DNA from: an uncultured Methylomirabilota bacterium
GTDB taxonomy: Bacteria; Methylomirabilota; Methylomirabilia; Methylomirabilales; 2-02-FULL-66-22
Assembly: GCA_963705305.1 (NCBI GenBank)
Contig: OY970067.1
Coordinates: 4,448,001-4,512,000, forward strand
Reading direction: 5' to 3'
DNA length: 64,000 nt
Shown: in pieces, positions 22,201 to 32,334 of the stretch
Layout: every line of letters begins with the position of its first letter
Position numbering within the stretch: the stretch's first letter is position 1
Position numbers and translations under genes: made by a program
The notes under the pieces: generated by a model
The model's input: only the letters and a program-made list of their open reading frames with translations
Database searches by the model: none
Told to the model about the DNA's origin: nothing

Positions 22201-23700
22201 CGACCCTTCCCCTTCGTCCCCGCGGGTCTCGGGCCGCAGCAGCGGGAACAGGATCACGTCGCGGATGGAGGGGGAGTCGGTGAGCAGCATCACCAGGCGG
22301 TCGATGCCGATGCCCTCGCCGGCGGTGGGCGGCAGGCCGTACTCCAGCGCCCGCAGGAAGTCCTCGTCCATCAGGTGGGCCTCCTCGTCCCCCGCCGCCC
22401 GGGCCCGCACCTGGGCCTCGAACCGGCGCCGCTGCTCGCGGGGATCGTTCAGCTCGGTGTAGGCGTTGGCGATCTCCATGCCGGCCACGTACAGCTCGAA
22501 GCGCTGGACGTAGCGCGGATCGTCGGGCCGCGCCTTGGCCAGGGGGCTCAACTCGGCCGGGAAGTCGGTGACGAAGGTGGGCTGCTCGAGCCGGGCCTCG
22601 ACCAGCGCCTCGAACAGCTCCACCAACAGCTTGGCCCATCCCCAGGCCGGGTCCACCGACACGGCGCGCGCGGCGGCGGCGGCCCGCAGCCCCTCGGCCG
22701 TCTCCACGGCCTCGGGCGCCAGGCCGGCCACCCGCACCAGCCCCTCCTCCACGGAAAGCCGCGGCCAGGGCGGCGTGAAGACGATGCGACGGCCCTGGTA
22801 GACGACCGCCTCCTCGCCCTGGACCGCCCGCACGACGCGAGGCAGCAGCTCTTCCGTGAGGGCCATCAGGTCCCGGTAATCGGCGTAGGCGTGGTAAAAC
22901 TCCAGCATGGTGAACTCGGGGTTGTGGTGGGTGGAGACCCCCTCGTTGCGGAAGTTCCGGTTGATCTCGTAGACCCGCTCCAGGCCGCCCACCACGCAGC
23001 GCTTCAGGTGCAGCTCGGGCGCGATGCGGAGGTACAGCGTGAGGTCGAGGGCGTTGTGGTGGGTGACGAATGGCTTGGCCGTGGCGCCCCCCGGGATCGG
23101 CTGCATCATGGGGGTCTCGACCTCCAGGAAGCCCCGCTCGTCGAAGAAGCGGCGGATCTCGGCGATGATCCTGGCGCGCCGCCGGAACACCTCGGCCACT
23201 TCCGGGTTGGCGATGAGGTCCACGTACCGCTGCCGGTAGCGGACCTCCACGTCGGAGAGGCCGTGCCACTTGTCGGGCAACGGGCGCAGCGACTTGGCCA
23301 GCAGCCGCAAGGCGGCGGCCTGTACCGTCAGCTCCCCGGTCTTGGTGCGGAAGAGGCGTCCCTCCACCCCCAAAAAATCGCCGATGTCGATGCGCTTGAA
23401 CAGCCGGTAATCGGCCTCCCCCACCGCGTCCAGGCGGACGTAGAGCTGGATGCGGCCGCTCCGGTCCTGAATGTGGGCGAAGGAGGCCTTGCCGTGCCCG
23501 CGCACGGAAAGCACGCGACCCCCCAGCCGGACGGGCGGGGCCTCCGCCAGGGCCGCCGCATCGGCCGCCCCGTACCGGGTCACCAGCTCGCCAATGGCAT
23601 GGGAAACGGGAAAGGTGCTCGGGTAGGGGTCGATGCCCTCCTGCGCGAGCTCTTCCAGCTTCCCCAGGCGCTCGCGCAGGAACGCCGAAGAGTCTTCCAC
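22171..23700 (-). CDS. lysS: Lysine--tRNA ligase (class II)
   Basis: [36 protein letters not shown]. Confidence 0.97.
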   Translation of the reverse strand: MEDSSAFLRERLGKLEELAQEGIDPYPSTFPVSHAIGELVTRYGAADAAALAEAPPVRLGGRVLSVRGHGKASFAHIQDRSGRIQLYVRLDAVGEADYRLFKRIDIGDFLGVEGRLFRTKTGELTVQAAALRLLAKSLRPLPDKWHGLSDVEVRYRQRYVDLIANPEVAEVFRRRARIIAEIRRFFDERGFLEVETPMMQPIPGGATAKPFVTHHNALDLTLYLRIAPELHLKRCVVGGLERVYEINRNFRNEGVSTHHNPEFTMLEFYHAYADYRDLMALTEELLPRVVRAVQGEEAVVYQGRRIVFTPPWPRLSVEEGLVRVAGLAPEAVETAEGLRAAAAARAVSVDPAWGWAKLLVELFEALVEARLEQPTFVTDFPAELSPLAKARPDDPRYVQRFELYVAGMEIANAYTELNDPREQRRRFEAQVRARAAGDEEAHLMDEDFLRALEYGLPPTAGEGIGIDRLVMLLTDSPSIRDVILFPLLRPETRGDEGEGSSKGQCKTDN

Positions 23701-23750
23701 TCCGCCTCCAGTGCGTGCGAAAGGTTGGAAAAATGTTGAAAATCGCGGGC

Positions 23751-23780
23751 ATTATAGGTGTGAGAGGCGGGAAGTGTCAA
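23751..23780 (-). promoter_or_regulatory. Sigma70 promoter of the lysS/envelope operon
   Basis: TTGACA-18 nt-TATAAT on the minus strand, 50 nt upstream of lysS. Confidence 0.8.
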
Positions 23781-23987
23781 GCCGCGGGCGCCAGGGAGAG
23801 CGCCCGCCCCGCGACGCCGCCCGTCGAGAAAGCCGTCCACCGTCTGGTGAAGCCGGAGAGCCGGACCTTCAGCAAGATGACCGCGCGGTCCGCCCGCTCC
23901 CCACTCGCCGTTTCTTGCGCCACCCTGCGCCAAGACGCTGCCACATCGGCCAGCTTCTGCTTCCGCTGGTCGCCAAATGTCCGGAAA

Positions 23988-24053
23988 TGACAATATTTTG
24001 TCTGTTTTTGACAAGATTTTTCGCTTGCACGGACTGGCGGGCTGCGATATAGG
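23988..24053 (+). promoter_or_regulatory. Putative promoter of the giant-protein gene with upstream TGACAA direct repeats
   Basis: TGACAA at 23988 and 24009 (21-bp spacing); TTGCAC-17-TATAGG at 24025-24053. Confidence 0.4.
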
Positions 24054-27000
24054 CAAAGAAGGCGCTCCTGCATGGGCAGGCAGCGCGCTCCGGCCTTCGA
24101 CACCGGCGCTCGTACAGGAGGCCCCCGCCCATGTCGGATCCCGGATGGTGGAGAGTCCACCTTCTCCTCACGTGTCTCGCCGCGCCGCTGCCCATCCATC
24201 CGCCGCCCGCGGCTGCCCTCGAGCCGGCCCCGGCCGCCCGGGCCACCTGTGACCAGGACCACGGCGGCACCTGCCTCGTGCTGCGCCACCACTCCCTGCC
24301 TGCTGGGACGATCCTCGACTACGGCGACCGCCGCGTGGTCATCCGCAGCGTGCTGTCCCTGTCCTCCGGCCATGGCCCCGGCTCCCTCGCCCTCCGCACC
24401 ACCGGAGATCTCGAGTTGGCGCGAGACGGTCGCCTCGACGTCCGGGCCGACGGGCCCCGCGGCAGCGACGGGGGCGCGCTGACGCTCACCGTCGGCGGGA
24501 CCGCCACCCTGGAGGGCCAGATCGATCTGGACGGCGAGACGCGCCGGGGCAGCGGCGGCCACCTGACCCTCACGACAGGCGGCGCCCTCACGCTGAGTGC
24601 GGCCGCACGGATCACAGCGGATGGGGCCTCGGGAGGCACTGTGGAGCTTACGGCGGGCGGTGCCATCACCGTTGCCGGCGACATCACGGCGCAGGGAGAT
24701 TCCAGCCTCGGGCAGGGCGGGACGATCCGGCTTGCCAGTGCGGGGGAGACGTCCGTCACCCGCCAGGCGCATCTCCGGGTGGATGGGGCCAGGCCGGGGA
24801 GCCTCGCCGCACGGGCGGGGGGATCTCTTGGCTGGGATGGGGAGCTGTCGGCCGAGGGCGCTCCGGCGCCGCCGGAACCTTCATGGCGTCCTTCTGCGGT
24901 TCGGCCGCATCGCTGGCCGGCCGCCTCGAGGCGGGAGGTGAGGACGGAGCGAACGGCGGCGCCCTCACGGTGCAGAGTCGCGGCCCACTGACGGTCAGCG
25001 GACGGTTGGAAGCGTCGGGCAACGGCCATGGCGCCCGAGGCGGAACGATCCGGCTCGCGGCCGCGGCCGGGCTCGCCTTCACTCGGGACGCCCGCCTGGA
25101 GGCCGAGGGCCACCCCGATGGGACGATCAGCCTGGCGGCCCCGGATCCGCCGGAACCGGGCCGCGCCCGATTCGATCCGCCCTACCGCAGCGTCCCGCTC
25201 GGTCCCGTCTGCGGCATCAGCCCGCTGCAGGTGCCTCGGTCGCATCACACCGCGACCCTCCTTCGCGACGGCACTCTTCTCCTCGTGGGTGGACGCGACG
25301 CGACCGGTCCCCTGGATGCCATCGAGCGGTACTCACCGACCAGCAGGGCGTTCACGGCGCTCAACGTCTTCCTCTCCACCCCGCGGGAAGACCACTCGGC
25401 GACGCTCCTCCCCGACGGCCGGATCCTGCTCTTGGGCGGCCGGAGCCCGGCCGGCTCCCTGCTGGATTCCGGCGAGCTGTTCGATCCCACGCGGCAGGCC
25501 GTCACCGCGCTCGGCGTGCGGCTCCCCGCACCCCGGGCCGACCACACGGCGACCCTCCTCCTGGACGGGACAGTCCTGATCGCCGGCGGCACGGATGGTA
25601 CCCGTGTGCTGGATTCCACCCTTCGCTTCGACCCAGCCGCGCAAACCATTTCTCCGCTCTCGGCGCGGCTCTCCATTCCTCGTCGGGGACACACCGCCAC
25701 CCTTCTGCCGGACGGGCGCGTCCTGCTGGTCGGAGGATCGGGGACTGCCGGCCCTCCGCTGGATTCCGCGGAGCTGTTCGACCCGGCGACGGGCACGTTC
25801 GCGACCCTGGCAGCCGCCCACCCGTCGCAGGGTCACCTGGCCACGGCGCGTGTGGGGCACGCCGCCACGCTTCTCCCCGACGGCACCGTCCTGGTACTCG
25901 GCGGGACGGGGAAGGGCACGACCAGCTTGGCGAGCGGCGAGCTGATCGAGCCGGCAAGCGGGACGGTCTCGCCCGCCTCCACCGAGCTCCTCCGCGCGCG
26001 ACAGGACCATACGGCCACGCTTTTGGGGGACGGCTCGCTCCTCATCACGGGCGGTGTCGGATCGGGTCCCCTCGGGACGGCCGAGCGCCTGACGTTGGAT
26101 CGCCTCGATCAGTCCGCGCCCCGCGTGCGCGATGTGCAGCCGCCCGACCTGGCCACGGACGTTCCAGCGGACAGCCGGGTGGCCGTCCGCTTCTCCGAGC
26201 CGATCAATCCGGCAACCCTCACGCCGGTCTCGGGCCAGCTGTTCGACCCGACCACCATGCAGCCACTGGATGCCAACCTGGCTGTTGCCGAGGGAGGGCT
26301 CCTGGGCTTCTTCAGCCCGGCCGCGCTCCTATCCGCAGGTAGGATCTACGAGGTCCGGCTCAGTACCGCCATCCAGGATACCGGCGGGAATCCACTCATC
26401 CCCTTCACCAGCACCTTCTCCGTGCGGGCCCCGCCCCAGGCCCTCAGGCTTATCCCGGAGACGTACTCCCTCTCGACGGGCCAGACCGCAGTCTTCACCG
26501 TCCAACTCCCCGCCCCCGCGCCCGGGGACGTCCTGATCACTCTGGAGAGTGCCGACGCCGCCATTGCCACGCTGCCCGGCAGCGTCACGATTCAGCGCGG
26601 CATGTCGGAGGCGGCCGTGCAGGTCGCCGCCCGGGCCCCCGGAACCGTGAACCTCACTGCCAGTGCGACCGGGTACCTTCCCGCGAACAGCATCCTCAGC
26701 GTGAGCGCGGCCACCCTCACCGGCCTCGGCCTCGGCCCGAGCAATCCCACCCTCGTCGGGGGACAGGCACTCCATTTCTCTGCCACCGGCACGCGCAGCG
26801 ACGGAACGATTCTGGATCTGACCGGCGCCGTGAGCTGGACGAGCGGGGCTCCCCTGGTGGCCGGTGTCTCGGCCACAGGGCTCGTGACCGCAGTCAGCCC
26901 CGGGACGACCACCATTACCGCAACGTACCCTGGGGGACTTCTCGCTGTCACGAGCCTTACCGTCCTGCCGCCCCCGCCCGTCCTCACCGGCCTCGAGCCG

Positions 27001-29703
27001 GCCACCCTGGCGATCAGCCCGGAGCATACGGGCACACTCACGGTCACCATCGGGGCTGTTCAGTCCCGGGATACCGTTGTCAGTCTCGCCAGCAGCGAGC
27101 CGCTCATGGCGGCGGTCCCCGCCATCGTGACTATTCCCGCGGGCGCACTGAGCGCGAGCGTTTCCGTGACCGGGCGCCTCCCGGGAACCGTCACTGTCAC
27201 GGCCAGCCTTTCCGCCAGCCACGTGGAGAGCACCGTGGTTGTGAGCCGCGCGGCGCCGCCGCTCGCCGGCCTCCTCCCGTACGTGCTCCGCCTGGCGCCG
27301 GGCGCTTCCGGCCGGCTCACGGTCTCTCTCGGCGAGACCCCGGGCGGCGAGACCCGTCTGGCGGTCACTTCGAGCGCCCCCGGCGTCGTGGCAGCTCCGC
27401 CGGGCGGAATCGTCACGATTCCAGCAGGGCAGCGCAACCAGACGTTCGCTGTCACCGCAGTCGGACCCGGCCAGGCAACCATCACCGCCTCGCTCAACGG
27501 CAGAACGGCGCAGGCCGAGGCGGTCGTGACCGCCGCACCCCCTGCGGTCGTGAGCCTGGAGCCGCCCATCCTGTCCATCGCCGAGGGGGGCAGCGGCTTC
27601 TTCACGCTGACCATCGACGCCGCCCAACCCACGGACACGGAGGTCACGCTCGCCTCCGGCGATCCTCTGTGGGTGGAAGTCCCCGAGTCCATCACCATTC
27701 CCGCCAATTCATCCTCTGTCATCGTCCCGGTTACGGGAAACATCGCCAGCACGGTGATCGTCGAGGCCGCCCTCAATCAGAACACGATTGTGGCAGCCGT
27801 CATGGTGGATTGGACCCTCCCGCGACTCCAGGCGGTGACCTGTCCGGCTGCCGTTGCCGTGGGGGCCACCGGGCAGTGTCGTGCGACCATCCACCCTGCA
27901 CAGCTCATGGAGACCGAGGTGCACCTGGCCGCAGCGGTGCCCGGCGTGCTCGCCCTGCCGGACACGATCCACGTCCCCGCAAACACGGTCGAGGCCGCCT
28001 TCGATATCGTCGGAGTCGGCAGCGGCAGCACGGAGATCGCAGCCGGTCCGGTCACCGCGACCAAACAAGATGTCACCGTCCAGGTGGTAGCTCCGGGCCC
28101 GACGCTCGCAAACCTCCAGCCCGCCCCGATGGCGCTGGCGCCGGGCGTCACGACCCTCCTCACAGTCACCCTGAACGCGGCGCAGCCGACCGATACGCTT
28201 GTACCGCTGGAAAGCAGCACCGCGGGAGTCGTCCGCGTGCCGACCGGCGTCACCGTCCCGGCCGGCAGTCTCACGGCCGCGATTCCGGTGACGGGCCTGG
28301 CCGTCGGGACCACCACGGTGACCCTCGGGCCCCTGAACGGAACGCAGGCCGAGGGCTCCGTGACGGTGACGGAGGCCCTCCCCACGCTGGCCGAGGTTTC
28401 GGCGGAGACAGTCACCGTGATCGAGGGAGAGGCCGTGCCGCTGACGGTCACTCTCAGCGCCGCCCAGCCGGAGCCGACGGTGATCAACCTGGCAACCAGC
28501 GATGCGGACACGGTGGGGGTGCCTGCAACCGTCACGATCCCCGCGGGCGACCTGAGCGCTCCCCTTCCCGTCCTGGCGTGGATGTCCGGGGGAGCCAACG
28601 TGGCGATTGGGCCCCTGAGCGGCTCGAGCCAGGAGGTCGACGTCACCGTCGACCCGTGGGAGCTGCTCTCGCTGGCGGTCTCGCCGGCGGCGGCAACAAT
28701 CGCCGTCGGCGAAAGCCATCAGTTCATGGTGCAGGGGATCTACAACGACGGGACGATCGAGGACGACACCTGGTACGTGACCTGGGTTTCCGCCGAAAGA
28801 GACGTGGCCCGGATCCACACGTGGCCTAGCGCGGATCCCGGCATGGCCACGGCGCTCTCACCCGGCGCAACCACCATCACAGCTGTCGATGACTATTCGG
28901 AGATGACCACAACCGCAATACTCACCGTGACGTCCTCGGTGGTCACCAGCCTCGCGCTCACGCCGCTGGTGCCCGTCCGGGCGGTGGGAGAATCGGTTGC
29001 GTTCCGGGTTATTGGCACGTTCACGGACGGGCGGACCGAGGATCTCACGGTGACGGTCGTCTGGACCAGCAGCGACCCGGCGGTGGCGATCATTGCTTCC
29101 CCCGGCGGCCTCGCCACGGCCATAGCACCCGGCACCAGCACGATCACGGCCACGTATCCCGACGGGCCCAGTGCTAGCACCAGTGTAACCGTAGAGGTCC
29201 TGGCCCCTGCCGTCGACAGCCTGATTCCGAGCAGGGGACGACCCGGCATGTTGGTAAGCCTAGTCGGCCGTAACCTGGGGGCGACCAGCGATGTGCGCTT
29301 CAACGGGACACCAGCGACGTTCACCGTCCAGTCCATCACGCAGGTGAACGCCACGGTTCCCGCCGAGACCACCAGCGGCCCGGTCACGGTAACGACTCAA
29401 AGCGGAACGGCCACCTCCTCGGTCAACTTCATCGTAACCGGGATGCCGAAAGTGGCCGTCACGAGCCCTGCCGATGGGGCTTCCCTCACGGGGGACAGCG
29501 TGCAGGTGCGCGGGAGCGTCACGACCGACACGGAGGAGGTGGGGGTCGTGGTGAACGGGCTCGCCGCGCAGGTGAATGGCGGCGAATGGGTGGCGACCGT
29601 GCCGCTTCAGGTCGGCTCCAATGTGCTGACGGCCACCGCCACGGACGCCACAAGCGCCCAGGTCACGGCCAGCGTGACGGTTACGGTGGAGGATGCAACG
29701 ACA

Positions 29704-31223
29704 CCCTAATCTCCGGCTAAGCGGTGGCCAGCCGGGCGATCTTGCGCCGCGCCCGGACGAGCAAGGCGTGCTGCAGGGCGCCCGAGAGCCGCAAGAGCGT
29801 CCGTCGGGCATGCGCGACGACCTTCCCGACGGTGTTGAACAGCAGGAACCGGAGACGCTTCGGCCGGGCGGTCCGGAGATCTCCGGGTAAGGTCAACCGC
29901 TTGAGCGCGGTGAGCAGGTTGTAGGTGAGCACGTTCAGCCGGAACCAGGCGGCGTTCGCCCCGAACTTCCCACTGGGCAGCGCGGCGGCCGCCAGCTCGG
30001 TCTTGAGGACGTGATGGGTGTGCTCGATGGTCCCTGCTTTCTCCCGGTGCCACCGGAGGATCGTGAGCCCATCCTCCGGCCGATTGGTGACCACGGCGAA
30101 GTACTGCACGCTACTCCCGTCGGCGAAGAGGCTCCCCTGGCGTCGCTGGATACGCACCGCGAGGTAGCGGCGAACGCACGGCCGCGCCTTCCGGTGATCG
30201 CCATCCTCGGGGACGTAGGGGACTTCGGCCCAGGCCCGGATCGCCTCGGGCTCCTCCCGCTCGAGCTGCCAGGCGGCCGCGGGGAGGCGCCGGATCTCGG
30301 CCTGGAGCTGCGCGGACATATCGGCGCTAATCGCGTAGGCGATTTTCTTCTCCTCGCACCAGCGGAGGACCTCCGTCTCGTAGAGGGCGCTGTCGGCCCG
30401 CAGGGAGATGCGGTCCACGCCCTGGGGCAAGTTGGCCACCGCCTGTTCGAGGACGCGCACGTTGCCGCACCCGGCGGGCACCTGGCCATCGCGGAACTGG
30501 TCGTGCACGATGACATCGTGCTCGGCCCAGAGGACCACGACGGGCTGGTAGCCCCGGGTCCCGTCGTAGGCCACGGTCGCCGCGTCCTTGTGGCTCTCGA
30601 CGAGCGTCGCGTCCACATCCAGGGTGGCCGTCGCCGCCCGGGCCCCGCGCTGGACGCCCGCGACCAGCGTCCGGTTCGCCTGTCCGAGGCCCGCCAAGGG
30701 GGCGGACTCCAGGGGGACCGTGGCCGCGGGCCCGGCCACCCAGAGCGGCCCGTCCTCCACGTGGAAGGCCTCGAGGAAGTCCCGGACCGTGGTCGCGGCC
30801 GGCAGGGGGTAGCCGAGCAGCGTGGCCAGGGCCTGATCCTCCCGGAGCGTCGTGAGGTCCTGGCAGCGGTCCCCGCCGCTCGTCCACAACGCGACGAGAC
30901 TCTCCACGAGCTGCGAGGGGGGTAATCCGCGCTGCCGCTGCTTGACCGCAACGTGGGTGTCGACGGCCTGGGCCACCCCGAGCTGGCGGAACAGCTCGAT
31001 CACGAGCGGGACCCCGGCCCGGCCCGTGACCAGCGTGGGGTCGATCGCGTCATCGATCTCGAACGGCAACCGGGGCGAGGTGTCGGGCATCGCTCTCCTC
31101 CTTGTGGTGTTTGCACCCACTGGGTGAAACCAAGCAAGGCCGATGCCAACCCCGCGGGCCGCGCGCACTGCGGGCCGCTGCGTGATTCGCGATCCCCCTC
31201 AACTTCTTAGCCGGAGATTAGGG
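29704..31223 (-). mobile_element. IS1380-family insertion sequence, 1,520 bp
   Basis: Perfect 18-bp terminal inverted repeats CCCTAATCTCCGGCTAAG; 5-bp target duplication CGACA (29699-29703 and 31224-31228). Confidence 0.93.
29717..31090 (-). CDS. IS1380-family DDE transposase
   Basis: TLDVDAT, GYQP, LRADSA, VVTN, IEHTHHVLK, FGANAAWF; RBS AGGAGG before ATG 31090. Confidence 0.92.
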   Translation of the reverse strand: MPDTSPRLPFEIDDAIDPTLVTGRAGVPLVIELFRQLGVAQAVDTHVAVKQRQRGLPPSQLVESLVALWTSGGDRCQDLTTLREDQALATLLGYPLPAATTVRDFLEAFHVEDGPLWVAGPAATVPLESAPLAGLGQANRTLVAGVQRGARAATATLDVDATLVESHKDAATVAYDGTRGYQPVVVLWAEHDVIVHDQFRDGQVPAGCGNVRVLEQAVANLPQGVDRISLRADSALYETEVLRWCEEKKIAYAISADMSAQLQAEIRRLPAAAWQLEREEPEAIRAWAEVPYVPEDGDHRKARPCVRRYLAVRIQRRQGSLFADGSSVQYFAVVTNRPEDGLTILRWHREKAGTIEHTHHVLKTELAAAALPSGKFGANAAWFRLNVLTYNLLTALKRLTLPGDLRTARPKRLRFLLFNTVGKVVAHARRTLLRLSGALQHALLVRARRKIARLATA

Positions 31224-31776
31224 CGACACCGGTTCTCTTGCTCCGGGCCCTGCCGGACAGCGGGGTCGCCCCTCTCACCATCCGCTGGCAGGTCACGAGC
31301 CGGACGGCGCGCCCGATTATCCGGTACGAACTCGACGCGAACGGGACCGGCGCCTTCGGGACGCCGGTGGCCACGTTGGACGGCGTGCAGACAACGTACA
31401 CGATGCCGGGGTTCGTGCACCCGATCCTCCGCGCCACCGACGACCAGGGGACGGTGTACACGGTGACAACAGTCGTCCAGGTGCTGGATCCCACGGCGAC
31501 CGAGGTGGTGCTCCGAACCCGGTGGCGGGCGATCAAGGACGCTTTGCGGCACGGCGACATCCCCCATGCGCTTGGCGAGGTCTTCCCGGCGTCCCGCACC
31601 CGGTACCAGGCCATCTTCCAGGCGGTGCTCCCCGATCTCCCCGACATCGATAGCATCTTGACCGACATACGACTCATCGAAGTTCGAGGGAACGAGGCAA
31701 TCTGTGAAATGCTGCGAACGGACAACGGCGTCACCAAGTCGTTCGAGATCCGGTTCCGCAAAGACGAGGACGGAAT

Positions 31777-32325
31777 ATGGCGATTATGGATGTTTTGAAG
31801 AAGCCAGGACGAACGCGGTTGGCTCGGCTCGGGCGGCTCCTAGTGATCGCGCTGCTGATCGTCCCTGCCACAGCCTGTGCCACGAACAGCCACTGGCCCC
31901 CGCTCACCTCGCAGGTGGTGGACGCGGAGACGGGGCAGCCCCTGGAGGGAGCTGTAGTCCTCGCGTACTGGATGCGGTACGAGGCCACCTTGGCTGGTTG
32001 GGGGGGTGGTGGATTTTACGACGCCGAGGAGACCGTGACGGGGCCGGACGGCCGTTACAGTATCCGACCCCGCTTCACGTACACGATCCCCGGGGTCACC
32101 GAGGTGCGCGGCCCCGAACTGGTCATCTTCAAGTCTGGCTACGGGCCGTGGCAACGGCGGCCGAGCGGGGACACGGAATTGATGGCCCTCCCGCCAGCAA
32201 AAACGCCCGCGGAACGGTTAGAGGCATTGCGCGCGACGAATGATCCCGGGGACGTACCACCGGCTTACAAGAGGCTCCTCCAGGAAGCCATCAGGCAAGA
32301 GCGAGAGTATCTCTGGCCGAAATGA
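31777..32325 (+). CDS. Putative lipoprotein with a carboxypeptidase-regulatory-like beta-sandwich
   Basis: Basic/hydrophobic signal ending PATAC; VVDAETGQPLEGAVV and TGPDGRY motifs; overlaps the giant gene stop. Confidence 0.75.
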   Translation: MAIMDVLKKPGRTRLARLGRLLVIALLIVPATACATNSHWPPLTSQVVDAETGQPLEGAVVLAYWMRYEATLAGWGGGGFYDAEETVTGPDGRYSIRPRFTYTIPGVTEVRGPELVIFKSGYGPWQRRPSGDTELMALPPAKTPAERLEALRATNDPGDVPPAYKRLLQEAIRQEREYLWPK

Positions 32326-32334
32326 GGTGAAGGG

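Larger units (their letters stand above)
24131..31798 (+). pseudogene. Giant exported protein (beta-helix-like repeats, Kelch propeller, Ig-like and IPT/TIG repeats, distinct C-terminal domain), about 2,050 aa when rejoined; broken by a -1 frameshift near 24860 and the IS at 29704
   Basis: ORFs 24131-24991, 24883-29709 and 31238-31798 join into one protein; RxxHTATLLxDGxVLxxGG Kelch repeats; V.FSEP Ig domain; WTSSDPAVA BIG2-type repeats; removing the IS and one CGACA gives in-frame EDATTPVLLLRALPDSG. Confidence 0.82.

Noticed and set aside
31207..31761. Minus-strand 184-aa ORF next to the IS
   Set aside because: Antisense to the C-terminal part of the giant gene, which rejoins in frame once the IS is removed.
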